Shown piece by piece: positions 14,237-23,703 of a stretch of 45,583 nucleotides of DNA. Position numbers and translations under genes: made by a program. The notes beneath the pieces were generated by a model. It was not told where the DNA came from and ran no database searches. It saw only the letters and a program-made list of their open reading frames with translations. This DNA comes from Oscillospiraceae bacterium (lineage in GTDB: Bacteria; Bacillota; Clostridia; Oscillospirales; CAG-272): the NCBI GenBank assembly GCA_015064795.1, contig SVRO01000001.1:1-45583 (forward strand), given 5' to 3'. Each line of letters begins with the position of its first letter. The first letter of the stretch is position 1.

Positions 14237-16864
14237 ATGAAATGGACGTCTTTAAATGAGCTGAGAGAAAAGTATCTCTCCTTTTTTGAGAGCAAGGGAC
14301 ACCTGCGTCTCCCTTCCTTCCCCTTGGTACCCATTAACGACAAGTCGCTTCTTCTGATCAATTCGGGCATGGCCCCCATGAAGAAGTATTTCACGGGCGA
14401 GGAGGAGCCGCCGCGCAAACGCGTGACGACCTGCCAAAAGTGCATCCGTACGCCTGACCTTGAGCGTGTGGGCCATACTGCGCGTCACGGCACCTATTTT
14501 GAGATGCTGGGTAACTTCTCCTTTGGCGATTACTTCAAGGACGAGGCGATTCCGTGGGCGTGGGAGTTCCTCACCGAGTGGTTGGAGATCCCTGCCGACA
14601 AGCTTTGGCCCTCGATCTACGAGAATGACGAGGAGGCCTTTGTGCTTTGGAAGGACAAGGTGGGCGTGGACCCTGCGAAGATCGTCAGACTGGGTAAGGC
14701 TGACAACTTCTGGGAGCATGGAAGCGGCCCCTGCGGCCCCTGCTCCGAGATCTATTTTGACCGCGGACTGAAGTACGGCTGCGGCTCGCCCGACTGTAAG
14801 CCGGGTTGCGACTGCGATCGCTTTATGGAGATCTGGAACAACGTGTTCTCGCAGTTCAACAACGACGGAAACGGTAACTACACCGACCTTGCGCAGAAGA
14901 ACATCGACACGGGTATGGGACTTGAGCGTCTTGCCTGCGTGATGCAGGGCGTGGACAATCTTTTTGAGGTGGACACGGTACGTAAGATCCTTGACACCGT
15001 TTGCGCGATCGCGGGCAAGAAATACGGCGAGGACGCGAAGAACGACGTTTCGATCCGCGTGATTACCGACCACATTCGCAGCTCGACCTTTATGATCTGC
15101 GACGGCGTTATCCCCTCCAACGAGGGACGCGGCTACGTTTTGCGCCGTATTCTGCGCCGCGCTTGCCGCCATGCGAAGCTTCTGGGCATCGACCGCGCCT
15201 TCCTTTGCGAGCTTTGCGAGGTCGTGATCGGCGAGAACATCAGCGCCTATCCCGAGCTTGCGGAGAAGAAGGACTATATCCTCAAGATCATTGCCAACGA
15301 GGAGAGCCGCTTTGATGCGACGATCGACTCGGGTCTTGCCATTCTTGCTGGCATCATGGATGCCGCGGCAGAGAAGGGAAGTAAGGTCATTGACGGCGAG
15401 AGCGTATTCAAGCTTTACGATACCTACGGCTTCCCGATCGACCTTACGCGTGAGATCGCGGACGAGAAGGGATTTTCGGTGGACGAGGATGCGTTTGCCG
15501 CACTTATGAAAGAGCAGAAGGAGCGCGCAAGAGCCGCACGCGGCAATGTGGGCGGTTGGGACGAGAGCTCCAAGTCGCTTCTTTCCGAGATCGAAAAGAC
15601 CGCGTTTGTGGGCTATACCGCAACCGAGACCGAGGCCAAGGTTGTGGCAATTCTTGCCGACGATATGCTGGTGGACGAGGTCAACGAGGGTGAATTTACG
15701 CTCATTCTTGACAAAACCGTCTTCTACGGCGAGGGCGGCGGTCAGGTGGGTGACACGGGTTGCATCGGAACCGATACGGTGTGCGCGTCGGTTCTTGATA
15801 CCAAGAAGGCCGACGGCGTATATCTCCATATCTGCCGTATGAACGAGGGCACCATTAAGGTGGGCGACATTCTTTCGGTCGAGGTGGACGCCGAGCGTCG
15901 CGCGGCCATCATGCGTAACCACTCCTCGCTTCATCTGTTGCAGGCGGCTCTTCGCGAGGTGCTGGGTAAGCACGTCGAGCAGGCAGGCTCTTACGTGGAT
16001 GAGAAGGGCGGACGCTTTGACTTCACGCACTTCGCGGCCATGAGTGCCGAGGAGATCGCCAAGGTCGAGGCTATTGTAAACGAAAATATTCTTCGCGGCA
16101 TGGCGGTCGACACGGTGGAGACCGACATCGAGAGCGCGAAGAAGATGGGTGCTATGGCACTCTTTGGTGAAAAGTACGGCAAGATCGTACGTGTGGTCAA
16201 GATGGGCGATTTTTCGACCGAGTTCTGCGGCGGTACACACGTCGAGAATACGGCCAAGGTCGGACTCTTTAAGATTGTTTCCGAGTCCTCGGTGGCGGCG
16301 GGGGTTCGCCGTATCGAGTGTACGACGGGATTTGGTGTGTTGGCAATTCTCGAGGAGCAGAGAAGAGCGATTGCCGAGGTGGCAGGCGAGCTGAAGACCC
16401 AGCCCTCCGACATTTCCAAGAGAGCCTCGCAGCTGCAGGGTGAGCTTCACGCGGCCAAGAAGGAGATCGAGGCTCTCAATGCCAAGCTTGCGGGCTCGAA
16501 GCTTGCGGGACTCATGGAAGGTGCCGTGCAGGTCGGTGCTGTAACGCTGGTGACGGCAAGCCTTGCGGATATGCAGCTTGACGCGGCGCGTACGCTGGCC
16601 GACGAGATCAAGGCAAAATATCCGAATGCGGTAGCCGTGCTTGCCGTGGAACAGGGCGGAAAGCTTAACTTTCTTGCCTCTGCAGGTAAGGACGCAGTGG
16701 CGGCAGGCGCACACGCAGGTAAGCTTGTGGGCGCGGTGGCGGCCGTGACCGGCGGTAAGGGCGGTGGACGTCCCGACAACGCGATGGCGGGCGGCGCAGA
16801 TGCGACGAAGATCGCCGAGGCCTTGGCGGCGGCAAAGGATGTTCTTGCGGGTATGCTGAAATAA
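14237..16864 (+). CDS. alaS: alanine--tRNA ligase
   Basis: 875 aa starting MKWTSLNELREKYLSFFESKGHLRLPSFPLVP. It has the class II core, the editing domain (HSSLHLL...CGGTHV) and a C-terminal DHHA1-like domain. Confidence 0.98.
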   Translation: MKWTSLNELREKYLSFFESKGHLRLPSFPLVPINDKSLLLINSGMAPMKKYFTGEEEPPRKRVTTCQKCIRTPDLERVGHTARHGTYFEMLGNFSFGDYFKDEAIPWAWEFLTEWLEIPADKLWPSIYENDEEAFVLWKDKVGVDPAKIVRLGKADNFWEHGSGPCGPCSEIYFDRGLKYGCGSPDCKPGCDCDRFMEIWNNVFSQFNNDGNGNYTDLAQKNIDTGMGLERLACVMQGVDNLFEVDTVRKILDTVCAIAGKKYGEDAKNDVSIRVITDHIRSSTFMICDGVIPSNEGRGYVLRRILRRACRHAKLLGIDRAFLCELCEVVIGENISAYPELAEKKDYILKIIANEESRFDATIDSGLAILAGIMDAAAEKGSKVIDGESVFKLYDTYGFPIDLTREIADEKGFSVDEDAFAALMKEQKERARAARGNVGGWDESSKSLLSEIEKTAFVGYTATETEAKVVAILADDMLVDEVNEGEFTLILDKTVFYGEGGGQVGDTGCIGTDTVCASVLDTKKADGVYLHICRMNEGTIKVGDILSVEVDAERRAAIMRNHSSLHLLQAALREVLGKHVEQAGSYVDEKGGRFDFTHFAAMSAEEIAKVEAIVNENILRGMAVDTVETDIESAKKMGAMALFGEKYGKIVRVVKMGDFSTEFCGGTHVENTAKVGLFKIVSESSVAAGVRRIECTTGFGVLAILEEQRRAIAEVAGELKTQPSDISKRASQLQGELHAAKKEIEALNAKLAGSKLAGLMEGAVQVGAVTLVTASLADMQLDAARTLADEIKAKYPNAVAVLAVEQGGKLNFLASAGKDAVAAGAHAGKLVGAVAAVTGGKGGGRPDNAMAGGADATKIAEALAAAKDVLAGMLK

Positions 16865-16874
16865 TATGGACTGT

Positions 16875-16917
16875 GGGAGTCGCAGACAGACGTTTGCGGC
16901 TCCCTTGTTGTTTCTTA
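16875..16917 (+). terminator. intrinsic terminator after alaS
   Basis: GGGAGTCGCA (16875-16884) pairs with TGCGGCTCCC (16895-16904), one G-U pair. Followed by TTGTTGTTTCTT. Confidence 0.65.
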
Positions 16918-17068
16918 TATTTCTTCGGATCCTATGACATGCTAACGCGTGAAAAACGTGTGGATCGAAATTTATAATAATTTTTCATTTTTCGGCTTTT
17001 CTGTTTGTGAAAAAGTACATTTTTTGCCCTTGCAGTTTGTGAAAATCTACAAAGTTGCGAAGCCCTTA

Positions 17069-17097
17069 TTGACAAAAAATCAATAAAATGTTAAAAT
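17069..17097 (+). promoter_or_regulatory. SigA-type promoter of the large secreted-protein gene
   Basis: TTGACA (17069-17074), 17-nt spacer, TGT-TAAAAT (-10 at 17092-17097). Confidence 0.6.
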
Positions 17098-17191
17098 GAT
17101 TTGTTCTTATCTACAAAATTCCTAAATTGTGTAGGATTTTTCAAAGGTGGATAGGCTATAAAAAATAAAACAACATAAAAGGAGAAAAAGT

Positions 17192-20100
17192 ATGATGAAA
17201 ACGGCAAAATCGGCAAGAGCCTTGCGCCTGCTTTTCACGCTTGCGCTTCTGGCACTTTTGGTGATCGGTTGCGCGGTGACGGCGTCGGCAGATGATCTCG
17301 TTTGGGATCTTCTTCGCGACCAGGACGCAGGCTATGAGGTAAACAGAGGAAGCTGGGTGGAGGAGACCGATAGGGATGGCTCTACCTATCTGCAAAACGC
17401 TGGAAATAGCGGTATCTATATTTACGATACCAAGAACATCCTCGGTACATATCAGACCTTCTCGATGGAGGGCGATTTCTATTTTGAAGCCTTCCCCACG
17501 GGTATTCGAGAGGGAAAATATACCCCCGAGGACAGACCTCTTTCTTTTATTTGTTGGATATATAACGACAAGGATGGAAACTATGCGAATTCCAACGCGA
17601 TCCGTCTGGACAGCGAGGGCTATATCTATACCAATACCACGGGCTCGTCGAAGACCGACCTTCAGCTTTCGACAGGAAGATGGTACAACATTCGTTGCGT
17701 TTTCACCCCCAAGAGCGGTCAGTGTGAAATGTACATCGACGGCGAAAAGGAGCTTGATTTTACGATTTCTGCTTTCGACCCCGAGACGCGTGTTTCGGGA
17801 GCCGTTCGCTATTTTGACGCGTACTATAGCTGGGGCGCCCAAATGAAGAATCTTCTGGTCAAGACCGACAGTGACTATGTCATCGGTGAGCGTACGGAGG
17901 AGGCGGCCGACTACATCGGTTACCAGACCTCCAAGCCCGAGAATGGAAAATTCTCCTTCCGCGCTATCATGGGCGTAAACGACACGGTATACAACCGTAT
18001 CGGCTATGAGGTTCTTTTGCTTGAGAGAGACGACGACGGCGTGATCCACACCAGCACCCTTGCCGACAGAGCTAAGGTGGTTTATGAGACGTTGAAGGAT
18101 GCAAGCGGTAAGGCTTATAACGTAAAAGAGCTTTACGGCTACAATTACGCGGCGGCCATCGAGATCAAGGATCTTCCCGAAAGACCGACCTACGGCTCGT
18201 TTGAGCTTGTGGTCCGTCCTTACGTTTTGGATATGAACGGCTTCCGTCTTTACGGTGAGTCGATGATCCTTTCGTATGCAAGAGATACGGATGAAAACGG
18301 CTTCCCCGTGCTTGATCACAAGAGAGAGCGCTTCTATCGCGTTGAGGCAACCGATGATGCGCAGGCGTACAACACGCTCGATTACGCACACGAGATCTTT
18401 ACGTCGGACCCTGTTCTGCAGGCAAGGAACTCCGATGTAAATAACCGCGAGCCCGCCTGTGCTTCTTATTTCAAGTTTACGCTTTCTCCCGAGCTTGCCA
18501 AGGCCGTAGAGACGGCATCTTCGGCAAGACTTTACATCTGCATTCAGAATTTGAGGACGACCAAACCCGAGGTTGTCGTTCATGGAACAGGAACCGAGTG
18601 GGATGAAACGGTTTTGAATGCCAAAAACGTAAACGCATTGGCACCCACGCAGGAATATATTGGGGAATCCGAGGCTCAGGATGACCTGTATTTCTCGATC
18701 GATATTTTCCAATATCTGTTCGAGTCGGCACTCAACGACGACGGCAGCATGACGGTGTCCTTCCGTGTAACGCAGAAGGGCTACGGCATCGACGGCGAAG
18801 TTATTTATTTGCATTCCAAGGAGTCCAAGCAGGGCCTTGTACCTTATATCGAGATCGTAAGCACGCTATACGAGAACCCCCTGAACTTCGAGAAGTACGG
18901 AAACGATGGCTATGAGCCTTGGGGATACGCCGAGCACCTTGTGGACGAGTGGTTCGGCGGTCTCCGCGACGAGATCTGGCCCAAGGATGAAAACGGCAAC
19001 AGCATCTATTACGAAATTCAGGGACTTCACGCCAACGGCTATAATGCGACGGCGGCAACGGGAGACTTTACGCGCGAGATGCCCTGGGTGCAGAACATGT
19101 GGTCGGATACGCCCGATAACAATTACACCCTTCCCGTTGCAAACTGGAAGGCAGATCGTTTCGCCCGTACCTTAAGTACGCTGGGTACCAGCACCGCCAA
19201 CGCTTTCCTTACCTCTGAGTATGCTGAGCATATTGCGGAATACGATGTTTACGGCGGTATTACCAATGCGGGCTTTACGGGTACGGCAACCGGCTTCTTC
19301 CACGTAGAGAGCTACAATGGCAGACCCTACATCATTGACCCCATTGGCAACCCCTATTTTGCAGTGGGTATGAATGAGGTGAATATCCGCGGAACCGAAA
19401 ATCAGCAGGACTACGCCATCCGCGAATTCGGTAGCAAGGAGGCTTACTTTAAGGCTATCACCGAAAAGCTTCAGGCTATGGGTGTCAATACGGCGCATGT
19501 CAGCGACACCGATGCGGTTCTTGCCGTAGAGGACGGACTTTCGGTCGTTATCAATTTCAGCACGGTGGGCTCGTATATGCAGTCGCTCGGCCGCTCTTCG
19601 CTTGCGGAGGGTATGGGTGATAACAACAATACCAGATGTATCTTTGAGCCTGGCTTTGTAAAGGAAGCCAACAAGATCATCAAGCGTCAGATCGATAAAT
19701 ACGGCTATGCGGACAATCCTCGCGTCTTTGGTTATACCTCGGATAACGAGCTTCCCTCCGAGCTGAATATGCTTGACAACTATTTGACGCTGGATCCTTT
19801 GAGTGACAACACCAACGCCTTCTCGTATGCTACGGCATGGACGTGGCTGGCGAGACGTATGAACGATCCGTACCCGACGCTTGACAAGTATTATGCGTCT
19901 CCCGAGCTTGAGGCAATTCGTTTGGAATTCCAGGGCTTCTGGTACGCAAGATACTATAAGGTCGTAAGCGAGGCTGTTAAGGCGGCTGACCCGAACCATA
20001 TGTATATGGGCTCGCGTGCCAACCTTAACTGTTTGACGGAGGAATGGATCATCCGTGCGGCAGGTCATTATACCGATCTTACCACGGCCAACCTTTACGG

Positions 20101-20842
20101 TGGTATGAACCCGAAGGCCGATACCATTAACAATCTGTATCGCTACACGGGCAAGCCCTTTATCGTTACCGAGTTCTTTGCTAAGGGAACCGATGCCATC
20201 GACGCCAACGGCTATAAGCTTGCGAACTCCACGGGTGCAGGTATTCTCGTGCAGACGCAGCAGGACAGAGCCGAATACTACGAGCACTATACGTTGGCTC
20301 TTCTTGAGTCGCAGGCTTGCGTAGGCTGGACATGGTACCGTATGCGCGATAACGACCAGAGCCTTTATAACTGGATCGATCAGGGAAAGACGGTCTATAT
20401 GGCGTACGTACAATACGGTGCCAATGCGGCTGCCAAAACCTATGCCGATAAGGAAGGTAAGGTATATGCGGCAGATGCGGTCGGAAAGGTGGACCGAATC
20501 TACAACGGTGACGGTATCGCATCCAACCAAAACGTCAACAAGGGCGTGTTTAACAGCACATTTGACTCGGTGGTTACCGTTTATACCTACGACGAGGACG
20601 GAAAGTTGCTTTCCTCTCAGAGCTATATAGTTGCGGATCCTAAGAGCGAAAATGTGGCTGACGGAACGATTCTGGGAGGTGTTGAAGGAGGAACCTTCTT
20701 CATTGGCAAGTCGGAGACGGGAACCGGCTATACCGAGACGGTGCTCACGGTTTACAGGGGAACCTATGTAGCCTTTGCCAACTCGATCAAGATGATCAGC
20801 GATCATGTGATCGGACTTGTTAACTATTTCGATGCACAGTAA
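17192..20842 (+). CDS. secreted or lipid-anchored multidomain protein: LamG-like + beta-sandwich + DNRLRE/CBM-like + clan GH-A-like TIM barrel (putative glycoside hydrolase)
   Basis: 1216 aa. The signal peptide MMKTAKSARALRLLFTLALLALLVIGCAVTASA carries both a lipobox-like VIGC and an ASA cleavage site. LamG-like core (GDFYFEAF...RWYNIRCVFTPKSGQCEMYIDGE). GYTSDNELP (Glu codon 19748-19750) and PFIVTEFF (Glu codon 20171-20173) sit 141 aa apart, like beta4/beta7 catalytic Glu residues. The family assignment is inference. Confidence 0.8.
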   Translation: MMKTAKSARALRLLFTLALLALLVIGCAVTASADDLVWDLLRDQDAGYEVNRGSWVEETDRDGSTYLQNAGNSGIYIYDTKNILGTYQTFSMEGDFYFEAFPTGIREGKYTPEDRPLSFICWIYNDKDGNYANSNAIRLDSEGYIYTNTTGSSKTDLQLSTGRWYNIRCVFTPKSGQCEMYIDGEKELDFTISAFDPETRVSGAVRYFDAYYSWGAQMKNLLVKTDSDYVIGERTEEAADYIGYQTSKPENGKFSFRAIMGVNDTVYNRIGYEVLLLERDDDGVIHTSTLADRAKVVYETLKDASGKAYNVKELYGYNYAAAIEIKDLPERPTYGSFELVVRPYVLDMNGFRLYGESMILSYARDTDENGFPVLDHKRERFYRVEATDDAQAYNTLDYAHEIFTSDPVLQARNSDVNNREPACASYFKFTLSPELAKAVETASSARLYICIQNLRTTKPEVVVHGTGTEWDETVLNAKNVNALAPTQEYIGESEAQDDLYFSIDIFQYLFESALNDDGSMTVSFRVTQKGYGIDGEVIYLHSKESKQGLVPYIEIVSTLYENPLNFEKYGNDGYEPWGYAEHLVDEWFGGLRDEIWPKDENGNSIYYEIQGLHANGYNATAATGDFTREMPWVQNMWSDTPDNNYTLPVANWKADRFARTLSTLGTSTANAFLTSEYAEHIAEYDVYGGITNAGFTGTATGFFHVESYNGRPYIIDPIGNPYFAVGMNEVNIRGTENQQDYAIREFGSKEAYFKAITEKLQAMGVNTAHVSDTDAVLAVEDGLSVVINFSTVGSYMQSLGRSSLAEGMGDNNNTRCIFEPGFVKEANKIIKRQIDKYGYADNPRVFGYTSDNELPSELNMLDNYLTLDPLSDNTNAFSYATAWTWLARRMNDPYPTLDKYYASPELEAIRLEFQGFWYARYYKVVSEAVKAADPNHMYMGSRANLNCLTEEWIIRAAGHYTDLTTANLYGGMNPKADTINNLYRYTGKPFIVTEFFAKGTDAIDANGYKLANSTGAGILVQTQQDRAEYYEHYTLALLESQACVGWTWYRMRDNDQSLYNWIDQGKTVYMAYVQYGANAAAKTYADKEGKVYAADAVGKVDRIYNGDGIASNQNVNKGVFNSTFDSVVTVYTYDEDGKLLSSQSYIVADPKSENVADGTILGGVEGGTFFIGKSETGTGYTETVLTVYRGTYVAFANSIKMISDHVIGLVNYFDAQ

Positions 20843-20854
20843 ATAAAAGTGAAT

Positions 20855-20884
20855 GCTCGGCATTGCCATACGGCAATGCCGAGC
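20855..20884 (+). terminator. hairpin terminator after the secreted-protein gene
   Basis: Perfect 13-bp stem GCTCGGCATTGCC ATAC GGCAATGCCGAGC. The T-tract is weak (GTCTT). Confidence 0.55.
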
Positions 20885-21069
20885 GTCTTAAAACACGAAA
20901 CAAAACAACTACGGGGGAATGCATCAAACAAAGCGCTATCCTTAGCTCACTTGTGTGTCGATGGTTTTTGCGGATGATGCTTTGAGCGGTTGTGATGCAT
21001 TGTATGGCCAGGGATTTGGCAGACGACATCTCATTTTGTAAAAAAAAGAATATTTTTTTCAAAAAGGTA

Positions 21070-21098
21070 TTGACAACGGGAAAGAATTATGGTATAAT
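21070..21098 (+). promoter_or_regulatory. consensus SigA promoter of tRNA-Glu
   Basis: TTGACA (21070-21075), 17-nt spacer, TGG-TATAAT (-10 at 21093-21098). The tRNA starts 11 nt downstream. Confidence 0.75.
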
Positions 21099-21108
21099 CT
21101 TGGACGTT

Positions 21109-21183
21109 GGCCCGTTGGTCAAGCGGTTAAGACGCTAGCCTCTCACGCTGGAAACATGGGTTCGATTCCCGTACGGGTCACCA
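21109..21183 (+). tRNA. tRNA-Glu (anticodon CTC)
   Basis: Acceptor GGCCCGT/ACGGGTC. Anticodon stem CTAGC/GCTGG with loop CTCTCAC. T arm ATGGG TTCGATT CCCGT. Discriminator A, encoded CCA. Confidence 0.92.
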
Positions 21184-21186
21184 AAA

Positions 21187-21225
21187 AAGAAACATCCGAA
21201 CTTAGTTCGGATGTTTCTTTTTATT
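21187..21225 (+). terminator. intrinsic terminator after tRNA-Glu
   Basis: AAGAAACATCCGAAC TTA GTTCGGATGTTTCTT followed by TTTATT. Confidence 0.8.
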
Positions 21226-21361
21226 ATCCAAGCCGCAGGCTTGGTATGCAATCAAGGCGTATAGTATCACCGAAGGTGTATTGTTCTGCGGCTTGATTCC
21301 ATTCGCGACTTTGTCGCCATTCCATACTGCAACGAGTTTTGTACGATTTTTTCTTTTTCTA

Positions 21362-21390
21362 TTGATTTTTCAAAAAGATTGTGTTATAAT
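21362..21390 (+). promoter_or_regulatory. SigA-type promoter of hppA
   Basis: TTGATT (21362-21367), 17-nt spacer, TGT-TATAAT (-10 at 21385-21390). Confidence 0.6.
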
Positions 21391-21425
21391 ACAAATTATA
21401 TATAAAAGAAAAACGGAGGCTTTTT

Positions 21426-23612
21426 ATGAGCAGAGTCTGGTTGTTTGCTGTTGCCGCAATATGTCTTTTGGCGCTGGCATATGTCGCATACAATTACATT
21501 CGTATGAAAAAAATGGGAGAAGGTACCGAAAGAATGGTCAAAATGAGTGCGATCATTCGGGAGGGGGCCAACGTCTTTTTGAAAAAGGAGTTTGCTACCA
21601 TTGCCATCGTGATCGCGGTGATTTCGGTATTGTTTACACTCTTTTTGGAAACCTATAGTGGCCTTACTTACATATTCGGCGCGCTTATGTCGAGTGTCGT
21701 TTGTATTCTCGGTATGAAGAGCGCGACCTATGCCAACGTAAGAACGGCAAACGTGGCGCGCGAGACGCTTTCGATCGGTAAGACCGTGAAGGTGGCCCTT
21801 TGCGGTGGCTCGATCAGCGGTCTTTCGGTGCAGGCGTTCGGCCTTCTCGGTCTTGTTCTGATTGCTCTCATTAGCGGCGTGGGACCGCAGGATCTTGCAA
21901 CGGCTACGGGGCTTGGTCTTGCACAGTACGAGGGATGCGGTGTGATCGCGATCGACGCGCTTCTTACCAACACCTCTATTATGCGAATCACAACCTATTC
22001 GCTCGGTTGCTCTACAGTAGCCATGTTCAACCGCGTGGCAGGTGGTAACTTTACCAAGGCGGCCGATATTTCGGCTGACATTCTCGGCAAGATCCGCAAC
22101 GATCTTCCCGAGGACGATAGCCGCGTTCCCAACGTAATTGCCGATTTTATCGGCGACAACGTAAACGACGTGGCGGGTAACTGCTCCGACCTTTTGGAGA
22201 GCTTTGTGGCTACCATGGCGGCGTCGATCATCGTGGCGATCGGCTTCCTCTCGCATTTGGGTATGACGGGAGCGTTCTTTACCTCCTCTTACGTATTTCC
22301 GCTCGTTGTTGCGGGCGGCGGTCTCGTCGGTTGTCTGATCGGTCTTATTTACGCTTCGTTTAAAAAGATGGGCGACGATCCTTCTAAGGAGCTTAACCTT
22401 GCTACTTATATTTCGGCAGGTATCTCCGTGCTTACCTGCGGCGTGGCTGCCTATCTGGCTTTCGGTAAGGCAGACGCTTCGCTTATTTCCGAGCTGGGCT
22501 TTAAGGCGGGCTGGCTCTCGCCTTGGATCTGTGCGGTGTTCGGTATTGCCAGCGGTGTGGCTATCGGCGTGATCACCGAATACTATACGAGCGATAAAAA
22601 TAAGCCTACTCGTGGGATCGCGGAATATGCCACCGAGGGCGAGGCCTTCCTTGTGACCAAGGGAGATGCGGTCGGTTCGCGTTCCTGCTTGCTTCCCTTG
22701 GCAATTATTGCGGCGTCTCTTTTGATCTCGGGCGCACTTTGTGGCATTTACGGCATTGCGATTGCTTCGCTTGGTATGCTTTCCTTTGTGGGAACCACGG
22801 TCTCGATCGACGCCTTTGGCCCGATTGCCGATAACGCGGGCGGACTTGCGGAGTCCTGCCATTTGGATGCGAGCGTTCGTGCGATCACCGATAAGCTGGA
22901 TTCGGTCGGTAACACTACTGCCGCCATCGGCAAAGGCTTTGCTATCGGCTCGGCGGCTTTTGCCACCGTTTCGCTTATCGTTGCCTTCATTGGAAATTAC
23001 GCGTCAGCAAACCTCAAGGTTCCGTCCTTTAGTGATACGACCCTCATTCCCGTGCTCGCGGGTCTTATTCTCGGCGGCGCACTGATCGAATTTTTCACCG
23101 CCGTTCTTACCGACAACACGATAAGCTCGGCCAAGGAGCTGGCACAGGTCGGAAACCGACAGCTTTCGGATCCTGCCGTGCTGGCGGGCGAAAAGGATCC
23201 CGACTATAACGAGTTGGTTCGCTTGGCGACGGCGTCGGCCTTGAAGAAGATGCTTTTCCCCTCGGTTCTGGCTTTGGCGATCCCGCTTGTGGGCGGCGTG
23301 ATCTTTGGTCTTGATTTCGTTCTCGGTCTTTTAATCGGTGCTACTATCGTGGCAACGCCCCGTGCTATCTTTATGGGCAACTCGGGTGGTGCATTCGATA
23401 ACGCGAAGAAGTATATTGAAAGCGGAAGCCTTGAAGGACACGGCAAGGGCTCGGCGGCGCACAAGGCGGCTGTTACGGGTGACACCATTGGCGATACCCG
23501 TAAGGACGTTGTGGGTGTAGCACTCAATATCTTCATTAAAATGATGTCCACTGTGGCAACCACGCTATTCGTGCTGATCGCGGCACTGAGCGCACTTGTT
23601 TCGATTCTTTAA
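21426..23612 (+). CDS. hppA: membrane-integral (V-type) cation-translocating pyrophosphatase
   Basis: 728-aa polytopic protein with M-PPase motifs EYYTS, GDNVNDVAGNCSDLLES, DAFGPIADNAGG, GNTTAAIGKGFAIGSAA, DNAKKYIE and GDTIGDTRKD. Confidence 0.93.
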   Translation: MSRVWLFAVAAICLLALAYVAYNYIRMKKMGEGTERMVKMSAIIREGANVFLKKEFATIAIVIAVISVLFTLFLETYSGLTYIFGALMSSVVCILGMKSATYANVRTANVARETLSIGKTVKVALCGGSISGLSVQAFGLLGLVLIALISGVGPQDLATATGLGLAQYEGCGVIAIDALLTNTSIMRITTYSLGCSTVAMFNRVAGGNFTKAADISADILGKIRNDLPEDDSRVPNVIADFIGDNVNDVAGNCSDLLESFVATMAASIIVAIGFLSHLGMTGAFFTSSYVFPLVVAGGGLVGCLIGLIYASFKKMGDDPSKELNLATYISAGISVLTCGVAAYLAFGKADASLISELGFKAGWLSPWICAVFGIASGVAIGVITEYYTSDKNKPTRGIAEYATEGEAFLVTKGDAVGSRSCLLPLAIIAASLLISGALCGIYGIAIASLGMLSFVGTTVSIDAFGPIADNAGGLAESCHLDASVRAITDKLDSVGNTTAAIGKGFAIGSAAFATVSLIVAFIGNYASANLKVPSFSDTTLIPVLAGLILGGALIEFFTAVLTDNTISSAKELAQVGNRQLSDPAVLAGEKDPDYNELVRLATASALKKMLFPSVLALAIPLVGGVIFGLDFVLGLLIGATIVATPRAIFMGNSGGAFDNAKKYIESGSLEGHGKGSAAHKAAVTGDTIGDTRKDVVGVALNIFIKMMSTVATTLFVLIAALSALVSIL

Positions 23613-23620
23613 ATCTAAAA

Positions 23621-23659
23621 AGGACTGAGTTGTTTCGACCGACTCAGTCCTTTTCGTTT
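23621..23659 (+). terminator. intrinsic terminator after hppA
   Basis: AGGACTGAGT (23621-23630) pairs with ACTCAGTCCT (23642-23651), followed by TTTTCGTTT. Confidence 0.75.
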
Positions 23660-23660
23660 A

Positions 23661-23695
23661 CAAGAAAGGGATCGGATCGTAAAGATCCGATCCCC
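23661..23695 (-). terminator. intrinsic terminator of the minus-strand dapA...csd gene string
   Basis: Minus strand: GGGGATCGGATC TTTAC GATCCGATCCC followed by TTTCTTG. Confidence 0.7.
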
Positions 23696-23703
23696 AATTT
23701 GCC

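Noticed and set aside
14252-16714. 820-aa minus-strand ORF opposite alaS
   Set aside because: Codon-register mirror of alaS (both mod 3 = 2). It has no SD or promoter and a junk-like composition, and the alaS identity is certain.
17156-20869. 552-aa and 565-aa minus-strand ORFs (17156-18814, 19172-20869) opposite the secreted-protein gene
   Set aside because: Both are in exact antisense codon register with the 1216-aa gene (mod 3 = 2). The sense ORF has a signal peptide, an SD, a promoter and recognisable domains.
20820-21062. 80-aa minus-strand ORF between the secreted-protein gene and tRNA-Glu
   Set aside because: It has no SD, overlaps the terminator hairpin and the gene's 3' end, and has a TTG start. 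I treat it as non-coding spacer, although an 8-bp inverted repeat ATGCATCA/TGATGCAT (20919-20926 and 20993-21000) is present.
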